64,000 nt of DNA from Puccinia triticina (Eukaryota). Position 1 is the first letter of the stretch; each line of letters begins with the position of its first letter. The stretch spans positions 620,001 through 684,000 of the forward strand of contig CP110440.1 of the NCBI GenBank assembly GCA_026914245.1, read 5' to 3'. Shown here in pieces: positions 24,550 to 36,058 of this stretch. Made by a program: the position numbers and the translations under genes. The notes under the pieces are model-generated. The model worked only from the letters and a program-made list of their open reading frames with translations. It was not told the DNA's origin and made no database searches.

Positions 24550-25568
24550 TAGAGATGGCAAACGGGTACCCGCGCGGCGGTACCCGGCACCCGCCGGCGG
24601 GTACTCATCAGGGTGGCGGGTCCCGCCGCCGCGGGTGCCAAGTACGGGTATGGGTGTCTGTTTTTGTGCAATTTTTAGGCGCGTACCTGGGTACCGCTGT
24701 TTGATACCCGCCAATAATGCTACCCGCCAATAATGCTACCTTTTTCCCGCTGTGGATGTCCCCGCCCCCTGTCCTGTGTGATATCCCCGGCTGCGGCTAC
24801 ACCAGCTGGCCGAGAGAGATCCCTCTCGGAGAGCTGGTGCATGTATATCAGCCCAGCCTCTTGGCGAGCTGGTAAATACATGTACACATGTTTGCCAAGA
24901 GGGAACACTGGTACATATGTATGCACACACCAGCTCGCCAAGAGGGATTCCTCTCGGCGAGCAGCCTCTCGGCGAGCAGCCTCTCGGCGAGCAGCCTCTT
25001 GGCGAGCAGCCTCTTGGCGAGCAGGTGCATTCACAAGCTTGCCCAGAGGGATTCCTCTCGGGGGCCGCGAGCTGGTATATGTATACCTGCTCGCCGAGAG
25101 GGATCCCTCTTGGGCACCGGCGATCTGGGATATGTATACCTACTCGCCGAGAGGAATCCCTCTTGGCGAGCTGGTGTGTGTATACCTGCTCGCCGAGAGG
25201 AATCCCTCTCGGCGAACTGGTGTTGTGTATACCAGTTCTTGCCAAGAGGAATCCCTCTCGGCGAACACAGTGCTTGCCAAGAGGAATCTCTCTCGGCGAG
25301 CTGGTATGTATACTTGCTCACCGAGATGAATCCCCTCTTGGCGGCAGGTATACGGATACCAGCTCGCCGAGGCCCAAGAGGGATTCCTCTTGGTGAGTAG
25401 GTACATATCTACAAAAGATAAATTGGCGGGTACCGCCGGTACCCGCCAAAAATACCCGGGTACCACCGCCGTGGGTGCCAAGTACGGGTACAGGTATCTG
25501 TTTTGGGCCAAAAAAGCAGGCGGTACCCGGACACGCGGCGGGTACCCGGGTACCGATTGCCATTTCTA
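24550..25568. mobile_element. hAT-type MITE with an internal palindromic repeat array
   Basis: TIRs TAGAGATGGCA/TGCCATTTCTA, 8-bp TSD TCCTGAGC/TCCTGAAC, subterminal GGGTACCCG motifs. Confidence 0.88.
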
Positions 25569-25686
25569 TCCTGAACCCATTGCTATTGAACCATTGCCAT
25601 TGCATTCCCCTCTCCCATCACTGCTCCAACCCTCTCACCTTCAGTAGTCAGTCGTCAAGCTCATAGTACTAGCTCCTAAGATCAAG

Positions 25687-26623
25687 CACTGCAAGAAAAA
25701 CTCTAGAAACTGCTTGCAGTTGAGATGCAAGAGCTCAAGGCAAGCTGTGCCTCATGCATGAATCAAGCACTGATTGATTCCATGCACATTGCCTCATTTA
25801 TGCAAGAGTGAGTCTAGGTACAAGAAACTGAGTACAGGAGTTGATACCTGTGCAAATTCCCCTTTCATGTGAAAATTCCCCTTTCATGTGAAAATTCCCC
25901 TTTCATGTGCACATAACCCTTTCATTTGCACATATCCCTTTTGTATGCATTCACCCCTTTCATAATGTGTACATAGCCCTTTATGTGCACATACCCCTTT
26001 CATGTGTGTATATCCCTTTCATGTGCATGTATCCCTTTCACAATGTGTACATACCCCTTTCATCATGTGTTCATGACCCTTTCATGTTTACATGTCCCCT
26101 TTGAGTTGTTTAAATCCCTTTCAATACCCCTTTCATCATTCAGGTTTACATACCCCTTTGATGTTTACATATCCCTTTCATGTGCAAATACCCCTTACTG
26201 CACATACCCCTTTCATGCATGAATACCCCTTTCATGCATACATACCCCTTTCATCATGTGTACATATCCCTTTTATATGTTAATACACCTCATCACATTC
26301 CCCTTTCATGTGTAAATATTTCTTTCATCTGTACATATCCCTTTCATGTGTACATACCCTTTTTATGTTATTCTGGCAGGATTCAATGGCACATGGATTG
26401 TTTAGTAAAAGAAAACAAAAGGGTGCTCAGGGGGATGCTCATTTGCCTCAGCCTACTGCATGAGCACTACAGCATGTTCAACATTGAAATGCTGAACAAG
26501 GTACACACTTGATCAAGGTGCACCAGCACAGAATTTGAGTGCTTGACTCCAGCTTGAGCTGAGCCTTGATTGAAGCTTGCTGCATCTCAACTGCAAGCAG
26601 TTTCTAGAGTTTTTCTTGCAGTG
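25687..26623. mobile_element. CACTA-type MITE with a CCCCTTTCATGTG minisatellite
   Basis: About 42-bp TIRs CACTGCAAGAAAAACTCTAG and TSD AAG. Confidence 0.9.
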
Positions 26624-26794
26624 AAGTAGAAATCAGCTACACCTTTTCTTCTTTTTCTTAGTGTTACTCTCATCCCCTCAGCATTAGTCAGGAAGGAAGC
26701 CTCATCAGCACCCTTGCATAGCTTACATTATTACTAGTGTTGCTATCCAGTTCCCTTCCCAGCTCTATTCTCCCCTTTGAGTAGTTCCACAGTG

Positions 26795-27388
26795 TGTACA
26801 TGTTACATGTCAAATAGTACATGTGTACATGTCTTATGTGGTGTGTGTGCATGTTTCTTACGGTTTACATGGTGTTTGTGCATGTCACGGGTGGTGCAGA
26901 AATTTTTGCATGTTATACCTGGTTTACACTGTTTGTGAACTTCTTGTATGGGGGTTACATGGTGCAGGACATTCATGTGGGGTACTTGGGGGTTACATGT
27001 TGTGGGAACATCTTACATGGGGGTTGTGTGTTGCAGAAACATGTTACATGCGGATTGTGTGCTGTGGGAACATGTTACATGTTGCACAAGCTTGATACAT
27101 GGGTTACTTGGTGTAAATGTTTCATGGGGTTACTTGCTGCTGAAATATCTACATGGTATTTATCTGTTGCAGAAATATGTGGCATGGGGGTTACATGTTG
27201 CATAACAATGTTATATGTGGGCTGCAGTGCCCGGGTTACATGTTGCATAACAATGTTATATGGGGGCTGCGGTGCCCGGGTTACATGCCACGTGACAATG
27301 TTGTATGGGTGTTGCGGTGCCCGGGTTACATGTCATGTAACAATGTTATATGGGTGTTGCGGTGCCCGGGTTACATGCCGTGTAATAT
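26795..27388. repeat. Degenerate GGTTACATG tandem repeats
   Basis: Recurrent units of about 45 bp containing ggtgcccgggttacatg; a similar motif occurs at 63420-63560. Confidence 0.6.
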
Positions 27389-30300
27389 AGGGGGGTTGTG
27401 GTGCCCGCGCACAGCCCAAAGAGGCCCTCTGCAAAGGGCCTTTTGGGCGGAAAACTCCTATTTATCAGGAAAAAAAAGAAGAAATAAATATAGGGGGTTG
27501 AGAAATTGACTCCCAAACGCAATTTACGTTGCGCGGACCGCCTCGGGACGTCTTTCCTGGGTCCTCGCGACGGCATTTTGACCCAGGGGCGTTTTGGGAG
27601 TCGGAATTGTAATTCTGTGATCCCAAACGGGAGTTGGGATTTTAATTTTACAAAAAATCCCAGAAAATAGAGAAATATTTATATCTCTTCACTGGAGCAC
27701 CCAAACGCTCCCAAAATTTTACAGAAATCTAGATACACTGTCTAGAAAATATGTTGAGATTTACAGCAGTAGAAACCATCAGGAAGGCCTTGTGGAACAG
27801 GGTGGTTAATTTGGCAGATTTCCTACTAAGGCAAACCCCCAAAACCTTATATATGGTGCTGCAAACGGCCCCAACTTTTTTCTGCCAGAAGAATACACTC
27901 TCTAGAAAATATGTTGAGCTCCAAGGAGTGATTACAAATCAGGAACAATTTCTATCAACCACGGGTCAGCTATGCTAACCATAGCTGTCAGTGTAGCATA
28001 GCGCTGCGCAAATGTGCTATTTTTTAGTGTAGTGTTAGTGCAACTGCGTGCATCTGTGCTAATGCAACGCGCACAGGGTGCAAAGATATTTTAGGTTTTA
28101 GTGTAGCGTTAGCGCAGATACGCTGTAGGGACTCCAAAGGGATGGATGAGTGGTAATCGAAGTTCCTTTGAGGGGGAGATAAGTTGTGAATAAGTTGAAA
28201 GCCTATTACAATTTACGAGTGGTTTGAAAGACCTGCCCCTCTGATGGTACTATGCAAATAACCAAGAGTCTTGTAATCAATATTTAAATGGTGTGGCTGA
28301 TTCCAAAGATAGCTCTTACTTTTGTATAGTAATCTCTATCTGATCTAGATCGCTTGCATCAATAGTTGTGGTGAATCTTTTGTAACTTGGTTTAACCTGG
28401 TGGTTGCAATAAATAAAGTTTGGTAATTGTTGTAAAAATTTGTGATGTTAAATTGCTGACACTATTTTGTTATAATAATCTGTTACAAAGTAAATATATA
28501 TATTTGGGTTGGATGTTGGATGTTGGTTGGTTGGTTGTTGGTTGGTTGGTTGTTGGTTCTAATACTTTTTTTAACACACACTAAAGTTCTCTACACTACT
28601 CCACTACTAATAAACACAATAAACAGACCTTCCTAGGCTGCTACAAACTAAAAACTAACCACAGACACCAAACCTCTATAGGCTGATGATGAAAAAGGAA
28701 AATTATAGTGGGGACAGGCCCTCCTTTTATGTTGGAGGATGAGGGATTTCTGCTGCAGGGGTTCTCACCTACACAGCCTTTCTACAAAGCCACAAATACA
28801 AACAGCACAGCTTTTCTGTGCTAGATACACTTTAAATCCACAGCCAAACATCTATGATATACAAACTAACAAACAAATACACAGCCTTCAGCAGTAGATT
28901 CTGGTGAAGGCTGGACCAGATACACCCTATCTCCACCTCCAAAAACCACGGCCTCCTGATAGATACCTTCTAACTCCACCTCCAAACAGCACACAGCCTC
29001 CTGATAGATACCTTCTAACTCCACCTCCAAACAACATAGCCTCCTGATAGAATTTTCCCTGAACAACCAAATACAAAGACTCCAGCCAAAGATGCTGTGC
29101 AGCCTGTTTTAGATACCTTCTAACCCCACCTCCAAAAAATGCAGCCTCCTGATAGATACCTTCTAACTCCACCTCTAAACTGTGAGATTTCTCACTTAGG
29201 CAAACGGCGCAGCGCTCATAAATTGAGAAAGCGGCCGCAAGCTCAATCAGCTACGGATTCTGGTGAGCAATGAGAACCACTTCTGCAGTCCAAAACAGCC
29301 GTGTGGCTTTTCAAAACTGACACATCAACTTTTGATGTATGCAGGTCCAACACCAGCAAGCAGCAAAGTTAGGCTTGTGGATAATCCCAAACGTCAGCCA
29401 CTAAAAGAGAGAATATCAGCAAACACCAAAGGTGAGCCACTGCTTATTCAAACTCTAAATGGTCAAGATGAAAAGCTAATGCATCATCCATCAAAAAGCG
29501 CTTTAGCGTGCCTTAGTAGGAAATCTGCCAAATCACCCCCCAGCTACACAAGGTGTCCCTGAGGTGTGCTAATGCTATGAAACTGATCATATGTTTCAAA
29601 GAGTTTATTCTTCTGGCAGAAAAAAATTGGGGCCATTTGGAGCACCATAGATAAGGTTTCAGGGGTTTGCCTTAGTACGAAATCCGCCAAATTAACCCCC
29701 CTGTTCCACAAGGCCTTCCTGATGGTTTCTACTGCTGTAAATCTCAACATATTTTCTAGACAGTGTATCACTATGAAAAAAACTTGAGAAAGTGCTATCA
29801 GTTGACATGCGCATTCCAGGTTGAAACTTCAAGTACATCCATGGTCATTCTCCATGGTCATTCCAAGTTTAATCACAGGTTAGCTCAGGGTCAAAAGAAG
29901 ATCTGTAGCTCAGCTTGGGCTTAGCACAGTATTTGCATGTGCTAAGTTTGTCCTGAGCCATACACCTCAACACCTGCACAGTACTGGTGCTGACTGGTCA
30001 TCCATACAAATCCACCCCTGGGAAGAATGCCCCCTATGCAAGAATACGCGCCCGTGTCGACTTAGGAGGAATCCCCCCTGGTCAACAAGGGCATACTTTC
30101 ACGTGCGTCAATCCCTCCCGGTGGACAACACAACAAACACAACAGTGTTGACCGGGAGGAAGCCCTCCCGGTCATCAACACACGTGTCGAGTGGGAGGAA
30201 GCCCTCCCAATCAACAACACAACAAACACAACTGTGTCAACCAAGAGGAAGCCCTCCCGGTCATCAACACAATACAACCTGTCAACCGGGAGGAGTCCCT

Positions 30301-31075
30301 CTTGGTTGACTGCTGTATATAGCTGTCAACCGGGAGGAGTCCCTCTTGGTTGACTGCTGTATATAGCTGTCAACCGGGAGGAGTCCCTCTTGGTTGACTG
30401 CTGTATATAGCTGTCAACCGAGAGGGACTCTCCCGGTCGACAGGTTTACATTGTGGTCAACCGGGAAAGACTCCTCCCGGTCAACAGTCACATATATCAG
30501 TCAATCGGGAGGAGTCCTCCCTGGTTGACCTCAATATGAACCAGCCGACTGGGAGTGACTCCTCCCAGTCAACTGCTCAATATGGCAGTTGACCGGGAGG
30601 GACTCCTCCCAGTTGACTGCTTGATATGGCAGTTGACCGGGAGGGACTCCTCCCAGTCAACCGCTGTGTATGGCAGTCGACCGGGAGAGACTCCTCCCCT
30701 CCTCCCAGTCAACAGCTCGATATGGCAGTTGACCGGGAGGGACTCCTCCCGGTGGACTGCTGTGTATGGCAGTCGACCGGGAGGGACTCCTCCCCTCCTC
30801 CCAGTTGGCTGCCCAATATGGCAGTCGACTGAGAGGGACTCCTCCTGGTGGACTGCTGTGTGTGGCAGTTGACAGGGAGGTACTCCTCCCGGTGGACTGC
30901 TGTGTGTGGCAGCTGACCGGGAGGGACTCCTCCCTTCCTCCCAGTTGACTGCCCGATATGGCAGTCGACCGGGAGGGACTGCTGTGTATGGCAGTCAACC
31001 GGGAAAGACTCCTCCCTTCCTCCCATTCGACTGCTCAATATGGCAGTCAACCAGGAGGGACTCCTCCCAGTCGAC

Positions 31076-31566
31076 TGTAGAGACTGTAAAATGAGGTTGT
31101 GAGTTCGACTCTCACCAGACACATCTTCATTTTACAGTCTCTACAGGTTATGAGCCCAGAGCTACCTGAGCGCTACTTGCTTACAATAGAGACTTGATGA
31201 ATTTGTGAATGCTTACTTGTAAGACCACGCAAACCCCTATAAGCCTACATCTAGATCACAGGTTCAATCCCTACGCTGATCATCTTTCCTGGGTCTCATC
31301 CCCACTCTCTCTTGGGGTCAATCCCCACTTCCCATCATGTAGCAAGGGGGGTGTTGAGTTGTCTGTTAGTCTGCTACCATGATGTATCACCACAGTATGG
31401 AGGGCTGTTGGATTGACCTATGAGCACTACCAACCAACCACCCAGCTGGCAGCCACAAGCGTCTGTAGCCTAGTTGGTAAAGGCAGCACTCTAGTATGTG
31501 TCTCAGCATAGCTGAGGTCGTGAGTTCGACTCTCACCAGACACATCTTCATTTTACAGTCTCTACA
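31076..31566 (+). mobile_element. TRIM (miniature Copia-type LTR element) with a tRNA-like LTR and a rearranged 5' end
   Basis: TSD TCGAC, partial 5' LTR to 31145, PBS GGTTATGAGCCC, 206-bp non-coding internal region, PPT AGCAAGGGGGG, 215-bp 3' LTR at 31352-31566. Confidence 0.9.
31459..31544 (+). tRNA. tRNA-like Pol III unit (Thr-AGT-like) within the LTR
   Basis: Acceptor GCGTCTG/CAGACAC, D stem GCCT/AGGC, T arm GTGAG-TTCGACT-CTCAC, extra hairpin CTCAGC-ATA-GCTGAG, and TTTT just downstream. Confidence 0.65.
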
Positions 31567-32006
31567 TCGACTGCCCAACATGGCAGTTGATCGGGAGGGA
31601 CTCCTCCCAGTCGACTGCCCAATATGGCAGTCAACCAGGAGGGACTCCTCCCAGTCGACTGCTCAATATGGCAGTTGACCGGGAGGGACTCCTCTCGGTG
31701 GACTGTTGTGTATGGCAGTCGACTGGGAGGGACTCCTCCCAGTCAACTGCTGTGCATGGCAGTCGACCGGGAGGGACTCCTCCCAGTCAACTGCTGTGCA
31801 TGGCAGTCGACCGGGAGGGACTCCTTCCTTCCTCCCAGTCGACTGCTCGATATGGCAGTCAACTGGGAGGGACTCCTCCCCTCCTCCCAGTCGACTGCTC
31901 CATATGGCAGTCAACCGGGAGGGACTCCTCTCGGTGGACTGTTGTGTATGGCAGTCGACCGGGAGGGACTCCTCCCAGTCAACTGCTGTGTATGGCAGCC
32001 GACCGG

Positions 32007-34209
32007 TGTGGAACTTCGTCCGTGCCAGGCGGCGGCAGTTGTTGGAGGGGAAATGTTTTGGGGGAATGCCCTCCGGGGATGGTCGCAGAATGAGGTGAGG
32101 ATCTGAGAGCGATGAGGTATGAGGGGTTTTGATTTACGACGGCGTTGAGCGCGCGTCGGCGGGGTTGTATTTATTGAAGAGGGAGAGGAAAGGAACTGAG
32201 AAGGATGGGAAAGATTCGCGAAGAGAAGATCGTCGAGGGGCGCCGGAAGGCGGGATCAGAGTGAGGGGGATTGACAGAGAACGCCACGTGCGTGATAAGA
32301 AGGTATCCCAGATCGTCGGGACAGATAAGGCTCAAAAGAAGCTCCAGACAGCAATGGATAACAAGGATCAATAAAATTTTGATGGAAAATATGGTTCAGA
32401 GTCTCCCATGCCGTCCCATCGTCTAAGTTCGGACAGAACTTAGACTCCGGGCGCAGTACGCAGCGGGACCTTCATCATACACCCACGCGCGCAACAAACA
32501 CAAAGAAAGGAGAAACAACCAAAGAACAAAACCAAAACAAAACAGACAAAACCAACCCATCACATAGCCAAACCTTCCAACACGCGCAGATAAGAAACAG
32601 AATCAACAGCCAAATGTAGAAAGAAAAGCAACAAGGAAGAGAAGGGAAGAAAATAAAGAAAAGCTGCTACACTACATGGAAGAAAAGAACCCCTGCGCGC
32701 CAATCCGCGCACCATCGCCAATTTGATCCTGACACCGCGTGTACCAGATAGCGCACCACATCTCCTCCCCAAATGCAGTCCGTCCCTAGACTGCTCCGCG
32801 CCTGCCGTCGAAATTGGAAGAAAGACCCGCGCCTAAAGATCCAGAAGAAAACCAGGAAAGAGTAAAAGACCAAGGACCGCCGCGGTGCTCACGAATGTGG
32901 CATAGAGTAGGGTTTGAAAAGCGGTAGTAGCTACCCGGAGATGCATACATTGGGAGGACTTACTTTTAGTCTCCGGTGCCTCCGCGGGAGTAATACCTCT
33001 TGACCTGGTCCGCTGAAAAGCGCCGCGCCAACTGTGTTCCGTCGAGCTCCTCCAGAATGTAAGACCCGCCGCGCACCTGCCGAACCACGCGAAAGGGGCC
33101 GCTCCAACAATGGGCAAATAACTTGCCCCACTGAACCTCGAGAGCGCGGTTGTAGGCGAGCACCATGTCGCCAGGCTTCAACGGCGTCCTGAGCCGACTT
33201 GCAGACTTCTCTTCCCAAAACTTGATGGATTCTTCACGAGCTTTCATCATCTTCTGGTGCGCTAGCTCGCGCACCTCCTCGCTACGCTCCAATTGCCAAG
33301 AGCGTGCCGCTAAGAGATCCGCTGTGTCTTGAACTTCATCCCAATCGATCCCAAGGTATGAATCCATCTCAAGGTCAATGGGCAGAGGTCGCTGGTTCGA
33401 TCCCGGCTCGGGGGACCAAATGTGGAACTCCGTCCGTGCCAGGCGGCGGCAGTTGTTGGAGGGGAAAAGTTTTGGGGGAATGCCCTCCGGGGATGGTCGC
33501 AGAATGAGGTGAGGATCTGAGAGCGATGAGGTATGAGGGGTTTTGATTTACGACGGCGTTGAGCGCGCGTCGGCGGGGTTGTATTTATTGAAGAGGGAGA
33601 GGAAAGGAACTGAGAAGGATGGGAAAGATTCGCGAAGAGAAGATCGTCGAGGAGCGCCGGAAGGCGGGATCAGAGTGAGGGGGATTGACAGAGAACGCCA
33701 CGTGCGTGATAAGAAGGTATCCCAGATCGTTGGGACAGATAAGGCTCAAAAGAAGCTCCAGACAGCAATGGATAACAAGGATCAATAAAATTTTGATGGA
33801 AAATATGGTTCAGAGTCTCCCATGCCGTCCCATCGTCTAAGTTCGGACAGAACTTAGACTCCGGGCGCAGCACGCAGCGGGACCTTCATCATACACCCAC
33901 GCGCGCAACAAACACAAAGAAAGGAGAAACAACCAAAGAACAAAACCAAAACAAAACAGACAAAACCAACCTATCACATAGCCAAACCTTCCAACACGCG
34001 CAGATAAGAAACAGAATCAACAGCCAAATGTAGAAAGAAAAGCAACAAGGAAGAGAAGGGAAGAAAATAAAGAAAAGCAACAAGGAAGAGAAGGGAAGAA
34101 AATAAAGAAAAGCTGCTACACTACATAGAAGAAAAGAGCCCCTGCGCGCCAATCCGCGCACCATCGCCAATTTGATCCTGACACTGCGTGTACCAGATAG
34201 CGCACCACA
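32007..34209 (-). mobile_element. Non-autonomous Gypsy derivative (LTR - extended PBS - integrase tail - PPT - LTR)
   Basis: LTRs at 33421-34209 (789 bp) and 32007-32760 (754 bp) differ by a 35-bp duplication. 4-bp TSD CCGG; PPT GGGGAGGAGA. Confidence 0.92.
32966..33385 (-). pseudogene. Integrase C-terminal fragment
   Basis: LPIDLEMDSYLGIDW...QWGKLF..W.GPF, homologous to the end of the pol in the 11157 element. Confidence 0.88.
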
Positions 34210-34699
34210 CCGGGAGGGACTCCTCCCGGTAACGTTATTGACCGGGAGGGATTCCTCCCAGTTGAAGTTGTTGTATTGAGCTTTTTACTGGGTGGGATTC
34301 CTCTTTGTCAACAAGGGCGCTTACTCTTGTTGACTCGGACTCGGAGGGATGGGGAGGTCAAGCATGTACCTGTGACCTCCAATGCGGGGGACTTTGGATG
34401 AGTCAGGGGCAGCTGAGCATTTGCCTCAGGACTGAGTCTGCGCACCTCAGACCAAGCTTCCTGTACCTCAGTCTAGTGCATTTTGCACTATGGACTTAAG
34501 CTGAGGAAATTCCAAACTTTCCAGGGTGTACCACCCTGGGATTCATTTGTATGGGCCTGGTCTCAACTAGGAATGAACTCAGGTATGCTGCATGTCAACT
34601 GACAGCACTTTCTTGAGTTTTTTTCATAGTGTATCTAAATTGCTGTTGAATTTTGGGAGCGTTTGGGTGCTCCAGTGAAGAGATATAAATATTTCTCTA

Positions 34700-36058
34700 G
34701 GGGGTTACTAAACGTACCCGGGTATTTCCGCGTTTGTACCCGGTTTTTGCGTACCCCCTTTTCCGCGTACGTACCCGGTTTTTTTCTATTCATTTCTACG
34801 CGACGCAAATAGGCTTAAAATTCATCTAAAATCCTGAAAAGAATTATGACACATTCAAAATTCCAAAAAAGCAACTTTAAATGATTTAATTAATTTTTTG
34901 CATACCCCCTTTTCCCCAGTGTGTACTCAGGGAATATCTTTTTTGTTACAAGTACCAGGGTTCCAAAAAATTGAGGGAACATTTAAACATGCATTAGAAG
35001 CTTCCTTTGAGATTTTTGAGAGAAAAAAATAGATACGTGGCGGGTACATGGTGTGCTTAGTAGAAAAATGACTGCTACATGTATAACTTTTTTGTTACAC
35101 ATTAAAAGAGTCTAAACATTTCAAAAATGTTTCTATGGTGTATATTCTGTGCTCCATTAAATTTATAGCAATGGGGTAAACACCAAACATGAGATATAGG
35201 GGGGGCGGGCAGCCTTAATAGGAACAATCTGCCTAATTATTGAACATTTTTTTTGATAAATTTCCCAGAAGTCTAGAGACTTAAGGGGTTAAATAATGAT
35301 GCATATTCTCTGCGCTCTGAAACTTTTGGCAATATTGGTACCTCAGAACATGAAATATAAGGGGTGTGTGGTAGTCATATTGCCTCACTGCGCACCCCTT
35401 ATATCTGATGTTCTGAGGTACCAATATTGCCAAAAGTTTCAGAGCGCAGAGAATATGCATCATTATTTAACCCCTTAAGTCTCTAGACTTCTGGGAAATT
35501 TATCAAAAAAAATGTTCAATAATTAGGCAGATTGTTCCTATTAAGGCTGCCCGGCCCCCCTATATCTCATGTTTGGTGTTTACCCCATTGCTATAAATTT
35601 AATGGAGCACAGAATATACACCATAGAAACATTTTTGAAATGTTTAGACTCTTTTAATGTGTAACAAAAAAGTTATACATGTAGCAGTCATTTTTCTACT
35701 AAGCACACCATGTACCCGCCACGTATCTATTTTTTTCTCTCAAAAATCTCAAAGGAAGCTTCTAATGCATGTTTAAATGTTCCCTCAATTTTTTGGAACC
35801 CTGGTACATGTAACAAAAAAGATATTCCCTTAGTACACACTTGGGAAAAGGGGGTATGCAAAAAATTAATTAAATCATTTAAAGTTGCTTTTTTGGAATT
35901 TTGAATGTATCATAATTCTTTTCAGGATTTTAGACGAATTTTAAGCCTATTTGCGTTGCGTAGAAATGAGTAGAAAAAAACCGGGTACGCACGCGGAAAA
36001 GGGGGTACGCAAAAACCGGGTACAAACGCGGAAAAACCGGGTACGTTTAGTAACCCCC
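34700..36058. mobile_element. Foldback (almost entirely palindromic) MULE-like element
   Basis: GGGGGTTACTAAAC...GTTTAGTAACCCCC, arms of about 665 bp, a centre of about 20 nt near 35380, 8-bp TSD TTTCTCTA. Confidence 0.92.

Larger units (their letters stand above)
23646..26791 (+). repeat. Probable degenerate LTR hosting two MITEs (5' end uncertain)
   Basis: Ends in CTCTATTC...GAGTAGTTCCACA, as at 55574. The AGTTCCACA end also matches the LTR terminus of the 32007 element. No TSD found. Confidence 0.35.
29769..34631. mobile_element. Non-autonomous CACTA element with a GTCGACCGGGAGGGACTCCTCCC repeat array
   Basis: CACTATGAAAAAAAC...GTTTTTTTCATAGTG TIRs and TSD TAT. Confidence 0.9.

Noticed and set aside
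24720..27509. Many overlapping ORFs in all frames
   Set aside because: Translations of tandem repeats with no protein features.
30060..32000. CRISPR-like palindromic repeat array (also 24800-25400 and 53130-54260)
   Set aside because: Spacers are short and mutually similar, there are no cas genes, and the arrays lie within TIR/TSD-bounded eukaryotic MITEs.
35281..35478. Twin 60-aa ORFs on both strands
   Set aside because: Artefact of the palindrome centre.
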